Numbered from the stretch's first letter, positions 48,623-60,832 are shown. The stretch is DNA of 64,000 nucleotides from Syntrophales bacterium (GCA_963666365.2 CAXXNF010000002.1:1344001-1408000), one strand, 5' to 3'. Notes: generated by a model not told the origin, from the sequence alone. A program made the numbers and translations.

Positions 48623-49075
48623 TTATATCACTCTTGTCACTATCTGCAGGATGATATTTCCATATATCCCCGCCATAATATCGTCCCCCACTACACCGTA
48701 TCCGCCGGGAAGCCGCTGCTCCAACAAGCGGATCGGAAAGGGCTTCGCGATATCGAAGATGCGGAAGAGCGCAAAACCCGCCGCCACGGTAAAAAGCGAA
48801 GGGGAAATGCAGGCCATGACGACCAGAAACCCCGCAATTTCGTCAATGACGATGCACGAAGGGTCATGCGCGCCATAAAGTTTCTCCGCCTCCTGGGCAA
48901 CATAGACGGCAAAGAAGAAAAACGCCGCCGCCGTAAGGAGGTACAGGGGCCGGGAAAGCATGGAAAGAAGAAAATAGATCGGTATCCCTACAAGTGTTCC
49001 CGCCGTTCCCGGAGCAAAGGGTGAAAGGCCGCTTCCGAGACCGGTCGCTGCAGTTTTTATGAATCGAGCACCCAT
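48623..49075 (-). CDS. pgpA: Phosphatidylglycerophosphatase A
   Basis: APGTAGT, DPSCIVIDE, FRIFDIAKPFPI, GG.GVV.DD. Confidence 0.93.
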   Translation of the reverse strand: MGARFIKTAATGLGSGLSPFAPGTAGTLVGIPIYFLLSMLSRPLYLLTAAAFFFFAVYVAQEAEKLYGAHDPSCIVIDEIAGFLVVMACISPSLFTVAAGFALFRIFDIAKPFPIRLLEQRLPGGYGVVGDDIMAGIYGNIILQIVTRVI

Positions 49076-49168
49076 AATGTCCTTTTTAATTGGCCTATAT
49101 ATTACAATAGATCCTCAATGTAAAGATCAGTATTGCCTGCATCCCCTTCCCCGCCCTCCATTATTTTC

Positions 49169-49197
49169 TTGACAATAGAACATATGTTCTATTAACT
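49169..49197 (+). promoter_or_regulatory. dinB promoter with overlapping GAAC-N4-GTTC (Cheo-type LexA) operator
   Basis: TTGACA at 49169; perfect 20-bp palindrome AATAGAACATATGTTCTATT at 49174-49193 fills the spacer. Confidence 0.7.
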
Positions 49198-49228
49198 CAA
49201 AAGAAACGGTTTTGCAAGAAGTCTCTCT

Positions 49229-50545
49229 ATGGAACGATATGTCTTTACCCCTCATTCGTGGCCCAGGGCCATTCTTCACATCGACGGTGACGCGTTTTTT
49301 ACTTCCTGTGAAGAGGCGATTCATCCGGAGTTAAAGGGTAAACCCCTCATCACCGGCGGGGAGAGAGGCATTGTGGCCTGTGCCAACTATGTGGCCAAAG
49401 GGAAGGGAATCAGGCGAGGCGTTCCTCTTTATCAAGCCCGGGCACTCTGTCCGGATCTCATTGTGCTTCCTTCCGATTACGAAACGTACAGTCTTTTTTC
49501 CCGTCGCATGTTCTCGGTCGTCAGGCGCTTTACCCCTCAGGTCGAGGAATACTCCATCGACGAAGCCTTCGCCGACCTCACAGGAATGCGCCGGGTTCTG
49601 CGCGCCTCTTACGAAGACATTGCACGCACCATAAAAACGAGCGTAGAAAGGGAAGTAGGAATCGGGGTGACCGTAGGCCTGAGCATCACAAAGGTCCTGG
49701 CAAAGATCGCCTCCAAGCACAAAAAACCGAACGGATTCACCGTCATCAACGGCAGGAGCATCCCTTCATACCTTGCAACCCTTCCCGTGGAGGCCCTATG
49801 GGGAATCGGTTATGCGACCAGTAACTATATGTGGAAACTGGGAATCCGAAGCGCACTCGACTTTGCGCAACTTCCCGAAAACACAGTCCGGCACAGGTTC
49901 GTCAAACCGGTAAGGGAAATCTGGCGTGAATTGCGGGGGGAATCGGTGTATCCCGTAGAGGTAGAGGAAAAAAGCCGTTACGCCTCGATCAGTAAGACGA
50001 AGACATTCGCCCCGCCTACAGAGGATCGGGAATATCTCTACGCCCAGCTCTCAAGAAATCTCGAATCGGCGTGCATTAAGGCCCGGAGGCACTCGCTGGC
50101 CCCGCAAAAGATCGCCGTCTTCATTAAAACACAGGAATTCAGGGCCGCCGGAAGCGAGGCGCGGCTCAACCGTCCCTCGGCGCTGCCCCTGGAGTTTTCA
50201 CATCTTCTTAGCACACTCTTCGACAGCATCTACGAACCAGGGGTGTGGTACCGGGCCACGGGAGTAATCCTCCTGGAATTGATTTCTGACGCGGGCGTGC
50301 AGTATTGCCTTTTCGAAGATCCTCTGCGTCTGGACAAGATAGAGCGAATCTATGTGGCGGCCGATACACTCGCTCGGAAATATGGCAAGCACACCGTTCA
50401 TCTGGGAGGCTCTCACCTTGTGGATCAGTACGGTACGGGCACGCGCGGCGAACCGACGGCGCGAGATCAGGTTCGCTTTATCGGCGAAACCGGACGGAAG
50501 CACCTGGGCCTCCCCATTCTCCACCCCCCGAAGAAGCCCCCCTGA
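49229..50545 (+). CDS. dinB: Y-family DNA polymerase (Pol IV-like)
   Basis: HIDGDAFF, ANY.AK..GI, YSIDEAF, LAKIAS...KPNG, LWGIG. Confidence 0.9.
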   Translation: MERYVFTPHSWPRAILHIDGDAFFTSCEEAIHPELKGKPLITGGERGIVACANYVAKGKGIRRGVPLYQARALCPDLIVLPSDYETYSLFSRRMFSVVRRFTPQVEEYSIDEAFADLTGMRRVLRASYEDIARTIKTSVEREVGIGVTVGLSITKVLAKIASKHKKPNGFTVINGRSIPSYLATLPVEALWGIGYATSNYMWKLGIRSALDFAQLPENTVRHRFVKPVREIWRELRGESVYPVEVEEKSRYASISKTKTFAPPTEDREYLYAQLSRNLESACIKARRHSLAPQKIAVFIKTQEFRAAGSEARLNRPSALPLEFSHLLSTLFDSIYEPGVWYRATGVILLELISDAGVQYCLFEDPLRLDKIERIYVAADTLARKYGKHTVHLGGSHLVDQYGTGTRGEPTARDQVRFIGETGRKHLGLPILHPPKKPP

Positions 50546-50679
50546 TATATGCCTCGCAAAGGCTGCGCCAGCAAAATTTTTAAAAAATGATATTACTTTC
50601 GCGTAGACTCCCCCTTTCTTATTTGGTACTCTTTGAAAGCTGCTTTTTTGATGTAAGAAACTACAATCCGGGGGCGTGT

Positions 50680-51585
50680 ATGCAGGAAAAAGAAATCACC
50701 GCCTATCTTCGGGAGCGGGGCGCCGATCTTGTCGGCTTTGCCGCCGCCGACATGTGGGATGAGGACACCCGTGTACCGGAGGCCTACCGGCCGAAAGCAT
50801 TGTGGCCAAAGGCGCGATCGGTCATTGTCATAGGCATGGCAATGCCTCTTCCCATTGTGGAAACCACTCCCTCGGTACAGCACAGGGATCTCTACAATGC
50901 CTGCAATCGTTCCCTTGACGATCTTGCCTTCGATCTGGCCCGTCGGCTTGCCCGCGGGGGTCATGGTGCGATCCATCTCAGCAGAGACGGCTACGCCAAC
51001 ATCAACATCTTACTAAAGAACCCCCGGGCGGCTTTTTCCCACACGCGTGCCGCCTATTACGCGGGCCTCGGCTACATCGGAATCAACAACACCATTCTCA
51101 CCACTGAATTTGGCCCCCGCGTCCGCTTTGTCTCCCTTTTCACCGACGCCGTTCTCTCGGGAAACCCTCCCCTGGAAAAATCTCTCTGCATCCGATGCGG
51201 CGCCTGTTCGGCCTTCTGCCCCGCCGCAGCGCTTCCTGTCACGAAAGAAGAATTGCGGGACCCTGCGGTGACGGTCGCTCATTACGATCGTCTCGCCTGT
51301 GCGCTCTGGGCGCGAGAATTGACCAGGCGAGGCTGCTATCCCTGCGGCATCTGCATCAAGGTATGCCCTGTCGGCGAGGACAGGAAACTCTATGGAAGGG
51401 AAAAAGCACTCACCCATTACCGAAAGGAATTGAAAAGTTTGATCGACCATGCCCCTGATCCCCTCCATCGCGCCTGGATGCATATTCGCCGCCACGGAAG
51501 CCTTCTCTTTGATGAAGGCGCCGGTCCGGAGGACACCTTCTACAATGCCCTGGAGCACATCAGAAAAAAGAGCCGGGAGGAATGA
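50680..51585 (+). CDS. Epoxyqueuosine-reductase-like (COG1600) 2x4Fe-4S protein
   Basis: GADLVG, SVIVIG, FSH..AA..AGLG.IG.N, EFGPRVR, CIRCGACSAFCP, CGICIKVCP. Confidence 0.8.
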   Translation: MQEKEITAYLRERGADLVGFAAADMWDEDTRVPEAYRPKALWPKARSVIVIGMAMPLPIVETTPSVQHRDLYNACNRSLDDLAFDLARRLARGGHGAIHLSRDGYANINILLKNPRAAFSHTRAAYYAGLGYIGINNTILTTEFGPRVRFVSLFTDAVLSGNPPLEKSLCIRCGACSAFCPAAALPVTKEELRDPAVTVAHYDRLACALWARELTRRGCYPCGICIKVCPVGEDRKLYGREKALTHYRKELKSLIDHAPDPLHRAWMHIRRHGSLLFDEGAGPEDTFYNALEHIRKKSREE

Positions 51586-51586
51586 C

Positions 51587-52249
51587 ATGAAATCCGAGGC
51601 GGGCATACCATTTCTAATCGAAGAGTTCTGCGCTACCTGTGCAAGGGGACTGGCGGATCTGAAGGACAACCGGTCCCGTATCGCCTATGTTTCCCGCATC
51701 CTTCCTCCGCTCCTTGCACAAAAAGAGGTATTTAAGAAAATCCTTCACAATGTAATCGAAGGGGCGCCCTATCCTGATATTGAAAAACCCACCATGTTCA
51801 TCAATGAACTGATACTCCATCTCGATCCGGCGGGCCATTTTTCCCTGAGGATGTTTCTCTGGAGGCCCGGCGAATACGATCCTGTCCACGACCACAACTC
51901 CTGGGGCGTCATCGGCCCCGTATCGGGCAGGCTGGAGGTCATCACCTACAGACGACTCGATCGCGGCGGTTCAGGAAGACGGGCTCGCATCGTCGAAGAT
52001 GCCCGCCGCATAATCGCGCCGGGGGAATTTTACAGCGTGTATCCGCTTAATAGAGGCATCCATCAAACAGGAAATCCTGCAGACCGCACTCTAATCCAGG
52101 TGAGCATATACGGCAAGAAACAGACAAAAAGGAACTACATCAACACCTATGAGCCGGAAGGGGGATACATCACCCGCCTGTATCCGCCGAAACTGCAAAA
52201 AAAGTTCTTTGCGGAAGCGGCCCTTGCCGCACTGGCAAGGGACTCATAG
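51587..52249 (+). CDS. Cysteine/thiol dioxygenase-like cupin
   Basis: W.PG..DPVHDH.SWG and GIHQ (3-His), SIYG; starts 1 nt after the upstream stop. Confidence 0.75.
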   Translation: MKSEAGIPFLIEEFCATCARGLADLKDNRSRIAYVSRILPPLLAQKEVFKKILHNVIEGAPYPDIEKPTMFINELILHLDPAGHFSLRMFLWRPGEYDPVHDHNSWGVIGPVSGRLEVITYRRLDRGGSGRRARIVEDARRIIAPGEFYSVYPLNRGIHQTGNPADRTLIQVSIYGKKQTKRNYINTYEPEGGYITRLYPPKLQKKFFAEAALAALARDS

Positions 52250-52302
52250 GGGCGTATGAGGAAATGCATTGCAACATAACATTAGTAATATTCCCATTTT
52301 CC

Positions 52303-52331
52303 TTGACAATACCTCCCCTTTTTTATATAGA
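52303..52331 (+). promoter_or_regulatory. Sigma70-type promoter of the speD fusion
   Basis: TTGACA-17 bp-TATAGA. Confidence 0.55.
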
Positions 52332-52464
52332 GGACAGGCCTGTTAGCAATAGTCATTACCTCTCTTAAATGATTCAATGACGTGGCTCCCGTGCATACAT
52401 CCGAGCAGTGCACGGGGTATTATTTATCCCGATCAGGGGTAATAATATAGGAAGGATGCAAGCC

Positions 52465-53544
52465 ATGAAACCTACCGGAATCCAGCTCGTAGCTGAATTT
52501 TTTAACTGCGACACCGATATACTCAATAGCCGGGAGGCTCTCGAGAATATTCTGCGGGAGAGCATTGCCGCCTGCGGCGTAGGGCTCGTCAGTATCAGCA
52601 GTCATCTCTACGATCCCATAGGCATTACCTCGATTGCCGTCATAAGTGAATCGCACGTGGCGATTCACACCTATCCGGAAGCTCGTCATGCCTCCCTGGA
52701 CATTTTCACCTGCTCGAAGGACAATGAAGTGTCCTTTAGACTTATGGAATGTCTGAAAGAAAGAATGGGGCCCGGCACAACGCGCATTGCCGAGATTTCG
52801 AGAGGCAATCCCATAGAAGTGTCGCGAACGAACTGGATCACCGACGACACGGGTTCGATGGGATTCGACATCCGCTACCACATCCAGGAAGAGATCTTCA
52901 GCACCCAATCGATCTACCAGGAGATCAAGATCATTGAAAACGAAAGTTTCGGCCGAATGCTCTTCCTCGACAACGACCTGCAGATCGCCGAATTCGATGC
53001 ACATCTCTACAACGAGTGCATGGTACAACCCCTTGTTGAATCGGGCATGTCGCTGGATTCCGTGGCAATTCTGGGCGGCGGCGACGGAGGCGTACTGCAT
53101 GAACTGCTGAAGCACAATCCCGGAAAAGTCACTCTCGTCGACATCGACGAGGCGGTGGTTTCGGCCTGTCGCAGGCACATGCCGGGCATTTGTCGCGGCG
53201 CCTTTGACGACGAACGGGTTGCCGTCGTCTACGATGATGTATTCAGCTTTCTCTCCAGAATGGACCGCTATGATGCCGTCATCTATGACCTGACCATGCA
53301 CCCCGAAGCCTTTATCGACATGGAGCGCGATCTCTACCTGGAGGATCTTTTCGTCAAAATCAAAGCGTCGCTCAAAAAAGGCGGCCTCATTTCAGCACAA
53401 TGCTGCTCGTCCTATGATTATGAAACACTCGAGATGACTCGGTCGTTGCTGGGGAAGTTCTTTTCCCCCCTCACCATGACCGAGACCTACATTCCGTCCT
53501 ACTGCGTGCCCTGGACCTTCGCCCATGGGACAAATACCCTGTAA
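52465..53544 (+). CDS. Fused S-adenosylmethionine decarboxylase / aminopropyltransferase (spermidine/spermine synthase family)
   Basis: ISESHVAIHTYPE, DIFTC; then SIYQEI, FGRMLFLD, ILGGGDGG, VDID, IYDLT; start at 52465 or 52456. Confidence 0.9.
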   Translation: MKPTGIQLVAEFFNCDTDILNSREALENILRESIAACGVGLVSISSHLYDPIGITSIAVISESHVAIHTYPEARHASLDIFTCSKDNEVSFRLMECLKERMGPGTTRIAEISRGNPIEVSRTNWITDDTGSMGFDIRYHIQEEIFSTQSIYQEIKIIENESFGRMLFLDNDLQIAEFDAHLYNECMVQPLVESGMSLDSVAILGGGDGGVLHELLKHNPGKVTLVDIDEAVVSACRRHMPGICRGAFDDERVAVVYDDVFSFLSRMDRYDAVIYDLTMHPEAFIDMERDLYLEDLFVKIKASLKKGGLISAQCCSSYDYETLEMTRSLLGKFFSPLTMTETYIPSYCVPWTFAHGTNTL

Positions 53545-53590
53545 CGGGACACCTATCTCGTGCGTCTTCGATCAATTTGTTTTTCTTTAA

Positions 53591-53673
53591 TATTTGTGTT
53601 CATTCGTGTCTATTCGCGGTTGTTCTTCGCCAGGGCAGCACGGCGGATGAACGCCAATGGGCGCGCACGAATA
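53591..53673. repeat. Degenerate 10-mer array with inverted counterpart
   Basis: tatttgtgtt cattcgtgtc tattcgcggt ... acggcggatg aacgccaatg ... gcacgaata. Confidence 0.5.
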
Positions 53674-53698
53674 TGAAGTCTTTGTCTTATCTTCCCAC

Positions 53699-54277
53699 TC
53701 AGGCATATTTCAATTTGATTTTTCCGAGTTCCACCATTTCTTCATGCTCGACCATGCCGTAGAAGTCTATGACCTCTTTCACCGGTCCGTGCATTTCTCC
53801 CTTTCCCCTGATCTCGTACTCGTGCAGCGGCGCGTATGCCTCGACACCCTTCCCTTCGGGAAGCACTGTCTCTTTCGGGCCCGTCCCCTTCTCTATTCTC
53901 ATTCCTTCGGGAAGCGATCCGAAGAGTTTCTTGAATTTCTCTCCCAGTTCCCGCGTGTAGGCGCGATAGCTGAAATCAAAGTAGGCATCGCGGATTTCCC
54001 TGACATCTGCGATCTTAAGGTGCTCCTGCAACCCTCTGTTTTCGATTGACTGACGAATGAGATCGTGAAATCCGGATCCGACAATGAGCGTGGTCCGGCC
54101 TCCTCTGGCGCCGATCAGACGCATCAGCTGGCCAAATTTGCTTTCATCTTCCACATGGTGATCTTCATCGAAAATTGCCTCCCCCTGAATGCCTTTGCCT
54201 TCGAGAAATCCAAGGACGAAGCCCTTCATGAGATCAAAGGAACCATCGACGGTCACCTCATAATATTTTTTTATCAC
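53699..54277 (-). CDS. Hypothetical protein
   Basis: Open frame with protein-like composition following the antiporter; probable GTG start at 54277. Confidence 0.7.
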   Translation of the reverse strand: MIKKYYEVTVDGSFDLMKGFVLGFLEGKGIQGEAIFDEDHHVEDESKFGQLMRLIGARGGRTTLIVGSGFHDLIRQSIENRGLQEHLKIADVREIRDAYFDFSYRAYTRELGEKFKKLFGSLPEGMRIEKGTGPKETVLPEGKGVEAYAPLHEYEIRGKGEMHGPVKEVIDFYGMVEHEEMVELGKIKLKYA

Positions 54278-54317
54278 CTTTCGTTCACCTCGCCATTCAT
54301 AGTTCCGCACCGGTGCG

Positions 54318-55820
54318 TTATAAAAAGAATACAAACGTTACCACAAGGAATACGGGAATCAGTATCGGCAGGGAATACTTGATCATATAGCCGAAAAAGC
54401 TCGGCATGTTGATGCCCGCTTCTTCGGCGATCGATTTGACCATGAAGTTGGGCGCATTGCCGATGTAGGTGTTGGCGCCCATGAAGACGGCCCCCGCCGA
54501 AATCGCCTTCAGATAGGTGATAAAGGCGGGATTGCAGGTATCCGCCGCCGTGGCGACGGCTCCGGGAATGCAGGCCTCCGTCAACCCCAGCTTCCCCAGT
54601 GCCAGATTGAAAAACGTCAGATAGGTCGGGGCGTTGTCGAGAAACGATGAAAGGAAGCCCGTAACCCAGTAATAGTGGAAGGGTTCTTTCACAACTTCCA
54701 CGAGCCCCGCCATGGCCCCATGAGTGCCCGCTTTTAATATGGCCAGCGCGGGAATGATGGTCATGAAGATGCCGGCAAAGAGCTTCGCCACCTCGATGAT
54801 CGGAAACCAGCTGAAATCGTTCGCTTCCCGCAACCGCTTCGGCGTGGCAAAGAGCGAAAGTGCGCCCATAACGATAATGCCCAGGTCGCGGGCTGTATTC
54901 TGAAAGTGCACATGCACGCCCAGTACGTTGAAATGACCGGGCTTCCAGTAGCCGCTCATCAGAACAAGCGCAATGATGCCGAGGAGAAATATAAAATTGT
55001 AAGTGCCTTCCACCTTGAAGGGCTGTTTCTCCTCTGCCTCCACCACGCGGGCCTTTCCCTTTTTCATGTCACGGCGGTAGAATATCGTGTCCATGATGAA
55101 AAAAAGTGCCAGAAGAATCAGTGACGTCAACAGCATGTGGGGAAGGATTGCCGTCGTGACCCAGAAGAAGGGCACGTTATGTAAAAATCCGAGGAAAAGC
55201 GGGGGATCGCCAAGCGGCGTCAGCGACCCTCCGATATTCGCGACAAGAAATATAAAGAAGCAGATGACGTGCACCTTGCTCGCCCTGTCCTTGTTCGCCC
55301 TCAGAACCGGCCGGATCATCACCATGGCCGCACCGGTGGTGCCGACCCAGGAGGCCAGAATCGTGCCGATGAGCAGCATTATGGTATTTACCAGGGGCGT
55401 TCCCTTGAAGGACCCACCCACCACTATTCCGCCTGCAACGGTGAAAAGACCCCAGAGCAATATGATAAAGGGGATATAATCTATCACATAAATATGAACA
55501 ATCTCATATAAGGCCGTCCCGTGGTAAGCGAAGAGAAAGGGAACGGCGAACAGTACCGCCCAGAAGGCCGACACCTTGCCGAAATGATTGTGCCAGAAGT
55601 GGGGCACCAGGAGCGGGCAGAGCGCAATTGAAAGCAGGATGCCCGCGAATGGTATCACTGTCCATACCGGCAATATAGCGCCAATGTCGGGACCATGGTG
55701 CGCCGATGTCGCCTCTGCCGACGCCTCTGCCATCGACGGCGCCATGCACATAAGCAAGAGGATAATTCCCACGAGCACTAGTGAAAGAATTTCCCCGCCA
55801 TATCTTTTTTCATGACACAT
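54318..55820 (-). CDS. Putative sodium:proton antiporter (ion transporter superfamily)
   Basis: Many TM segments; NIGGSLTPLGDPPLFLGF, LSSFLDNAPTY, GANTYIGNAPNFMV. Confidence 0.88.
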   Translation of the reverse strand: MCHEKRYGGEILSLVLVGIILLLMCMAPSMAEASAEATSAHHGPDIGAILPVWTVIPFAGILLSIALCPLLVPHFWHNHFGKVSAFWAVLFAVPFLFAYHGTALYEIVHIYVIDYIPFIILLWGLFTVAGGIVVGGSFKGTPLVNTIMLLIGTILASWVGTTGAAMVMIRPVLRANKDRASKVHVICFFIFLVANIGGSLTPLGDPPLFLGFLHNVPFFWVTTAILPHMLLTSLILLALFFIMDTIFYRRDMKKGKARVVEAEEKQPFKVEGTYNFIFLLGIIALVLMSGYWKPGHFNVLGVHVHFQNTARDLGIIVMGALSLFATPKRLREANDFSWFPIIEVAKLFAGIFMTIIPALAILKAGTHGAMAGLVEVVKEPFHYYWVTGFLSSFLDNAPTYLTFFNLALGKLGLTEACIPGAVATAADTCNPAFITYLKAISAGAVFMGANTYIGNAPNFMVKSIAEEAGINMPSFFGYMIKYSLPILIPVFLVVTFVFFL

Positions 55821-55846
55821 ATCATGACTCCTTCATTATTCTGCAC

Positions 55847-55891
55847 AAAAAACAAGCCAAGCGAGTCTATACCTCCTTGGCTTTGTCTTTT
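55847..55891 (-). terminator. Intrinsic terminator after atpC
   Basis: Minus strand ACAAAGCCAAGGAG...CTCGCTTGGCTTG-TTTTTT. Confidence 0.65.
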
Positions 55892-55949
55892 CAATCTTTA
55901 AATGTGGTGGTCACTGCGAAAGCTGCACTGGAGCCATACACGACTGTCG

Positions 55950-56357
55950 TTATGCCTTCTCCGCCACTTTAAGTCTTACTTCCGCCCTGTTCAGTACGGC
56001 GCTTACCTTTTCAAACTCGCTGTCATCCTTGTTGAGTCCCGCCAGCTTCGACTCCGCCTCCTGCATTTCGCGTCGTACCTTTTCCACATCAATTGCATCA
56101 GCTCGCTCGCAGGTTTCCACAAGCACCGTAACCTTTTCGCCGGTCACTTCCGCATATCCTTCACCCACGGCGTAGTAGGTTTTCTTATTTCCCTGAAGAT
56201 GGTCCAGTTCGCCGCATTTCAAGGCACTCAGCAGCGGCGCGTGTCCTATCAGCACCCCGAAATGCCCCTCCACACCCGGTATCGTCACTTCCTCCACCGT
56301 GTCACTGAAGGCCATCGTCTCTGGTGTTACAATCTCTAACAGCAATTCATCAGCCAT
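55950..56357 (-). CDS. atpC: ATP synthase epsilon
   Basis: LEIVTPE, PGVEG.FGVL.GHAP. Confidence 0.95.
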   Translation of the reverse strand: MADELLLEIVTPETMAFSDTVEEVTIPGVEGHFGVLIGHAPLLSALKCGELDHLQGNKKTYYAVGEGYAEVTGEKVTVLVETCERADAIDVEKVRREMQEAESKLAGLNKDDSEFEKVSAVLNRAEVRLKVAEKA

Positions 56358-56381
56358 CGATCATTCCTCCGACCCGCGTCA

Positions 56382-58722
<2,341 letters not shown>

Positions 58723-58768
58723 TACTACCTACTCCCCTTACAGCGAATAGAGCGCGCATCGACCCTTA

Positions 58769-60283
58769 TCAGGCTGCGGTAAATACGGAATCGAATTCTG
58801 TCAGAGCCGCCTTCAATTTCTCTTCCAGCTCGGCATCGATTATCTGCTTTTCGTCGATTTGATTCATTATCGCGGCATGCTTGCTGTTCACGAAGCCCAA
58901 CAGCTGATTCTCATACTCTTTCAACTGCTCCACCGCATATCTGTCCACGAAGCCGCGCACCGCCGCAAATAGGACCACCACTTCTTCCGCCAGCGACATG
59001 GGGCGATACTGGGGCTGTTTCAGAATCTCCACCAGCCGGGCGCCTCTGTCCAACTGCGCCTGTGTGGACTTGTCAAGATCGCTGCCGAACTGTGCGAACG
59101 ATGCGAGTTCTCTGTACTGCGCCAGGTCGAGCTTCAGCGTTCCGGCAACCTGCTTCATCGCCTTCACCTGCGCGGCGCCGCCGACGCGGGACACGGACAA
59201 ACCGACATTGATGGCCGGACGGACACCGGAGTAGAAGAGATCCGGCTCAAGATACACCTGACCGTCCGTAATGGAAATCACGTTCGTCGGAATAAAGGCC
59301 GATACGTCGCCGGCCTGTGTTTCGATTATGGGCAGGGCCGTCAATGAGCCGCCGCCCAGCTCCTGATTCACACGAGCCGCACGTTCCAGGAGTCGAGAGT
59401 GGTTATAAAAGATGTCGCCGGGGTAGGCTTCACGCCCCGGGGGCCGTCTCAGCAGAAGTGAAATCTGCCGGTAGGCGACCGCCTGTTTGGAGAGGTCGTC
59501 GTACATAATAAGCGCATCCTGACCCCTGTCTCTGAAGTACTCGCCTATGCTGCATCCGGCGAAGGCGGCGATATACTGGAGGGTTCCCGGATCACTGGCG
59601 CAGGCGGAAACCACGCAGGTGTAGCTCATGGCGTCATGTTTTCTCAATGCCTCGACAACCTGCGCAACGGTGGACTTTTTCTGACCGATTGCCACATAGA
59701 TACATTTTACGCCGGTCGTCTTCTGCCTGATAATTGCATCGATGCAGATCGCCGTTTTTCCGATCTGACGGTCGCCGATGATCAGCTCACGCTGGCCTCT
59801 GCCGATAGGCGTCATGGCATCGATCGCTTTCAGTCCCGTGTAGAGAGGCTGGTTGACGGGCTGACGCTGAATCACGCCTGGGGCGACCATTTCGATACGG
59901 CGGGTTTCCTTCGCGTCGATGGGACCTTTACCGTCGATGGGCTGGCCCGTTCCATCGATCACGCGCCCCAGAAGCTCTTCGCCCACGGGGACTTCCGCAA
60001 TCCTGCCGGTCCTCTTGACGATGTCCCCTTCTTTGATGTGTGTATCTTGTCCAAGGATGGCGACACCCACGTTATCCCGCTCCAGGTTGAGCACCATTCC
60101 CAGTATGCCGCCGGGAAATTCGAGAAGTTCCATGGCCATCGCATTTTCAACACCATAGACGCGGGCAATACCGTCACCGACGGACAGCACCGTACCAGTC
60201 TCACTTATATCAAGTTTTTTCTCGTACTCCTTGATCTGTTTCGAGATTATTTGGGTTATCTCTTCTGCCCTTATTGCCTCCAT
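58769..60283 (-). CDS. atpA: ATP synthase alpha
   Basis: [26 protein letters not shown]. Confidence 0.99.
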   Translation of the reverse strand: MEAIRAEEITQIISKQIKEYEKKLDISETGTVLSVGDGIARVYGVENAMAMELLEFPGGILGMVLNLERDNVGVAILGQDTHIKEGDIVKRTGRIAEVPVGEELLGRVIDGTGQPIDGKGPIDAKETRRIEMVAPGVIQRQPVNQPLYTGLKAIDAMTPIGRGQRELIIGDRQIGKTAICIDAIIRQKTTGVKCIYVAIGQKKSTVAQVVEALRKHDAMSYTCVVSACASDPGTLQYIAAFAGCSIGEYFRDRGQDALIMYDDLSKQAVAYRQISLLLRRPPGREAYPGDIFYNHSRLLERAARVNQELGGGSLTALPIIETQAGDVSAFIPTNVISITDGQVYLEPDLFYSGVRPAINVGLSVSRVGGAAQVKAMKQVAGTLKLDLAQYRELASFAQFGSDLDKSTQAQLDRGARLVEILKQPQYRPMSLAEEVVVLFAAVRGFVDRYAVEQLKEYENQLLGFVNSKHAAIMNQIDEKQIIDAELEEKLKAALTEFDSVFTAA

Positions 60284-60286
60284 CCT

Positions 60287-60832
60287 CTACATCTCCTCCC
60301 TTATGAGTTCCCTTATACTCATCAGTTGAGTCTTTATACTCCCGTCATACAGGGTATCGCCGACTCCCACGACGATGCCGCCAAGCAGCGACGCATCTTC
60401 CTCAACAGCCATTTCAATCTTTTTCTTTGTTATCTCTTCCAGACGTTCCCGTATTTTGCCGGCCAGATCGGCTGGCAGTGGAAAGGCCGTCCTCACCTTC
60501 ACTCTAACCTTGTTCAGCAGCGCGTCCCGGTAACCGCGAAAACAATTCTCCACATCCAGGAGAATGTCGATCCTGCGCTTATCCACCAGCAGCTTCAAGA
60601 AGTTTGCCGTAATACCCGTTATTTGCACCTTGGAAAGAACGCTTTCCATGACGGCCTTCTTGTCCCCTTGATCGAACACGGGATTGGCAAAAAATTCCAT
60701 AAGGTTCTTATTGCTTTTCAGCACTGACGCGAAACTTTCCAATTCGCCGTATATCGACTCAACCGCACCCTCTTCCTTAGCAATCTCAAAGAGGGCCTTC
60801 GCATATCTTTTTGCAATTTCGCTTCCAATCAA
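60287..60832 (-). CDS. atpH: ATP synthase delta
   Basis: IAKRYAKALF, LLGG....GD..YDGS. Confidence 0.95.
   Translation of the reverse strand: MIGSEIAKRYAKALFEIAKEEGAVESIYGELESFASVLKSNKNLMEFFANPVFDQGDKKAVMESVLSKVQITGITANFLKLLVDKRRIDILLDVENCFRGYRDALLNKVRVKVRTAFPLPADLAGKIRERLEEITKKKIEMAVEEDASLLGGIVVGVGDTLYDGSIKTQLMSIRELIREEM

Noticed and set aside
50680..51585. Respiratory reductive dehalogenase
   Set aside because: Too short, no Tat signal and no RdhB-like anchor.
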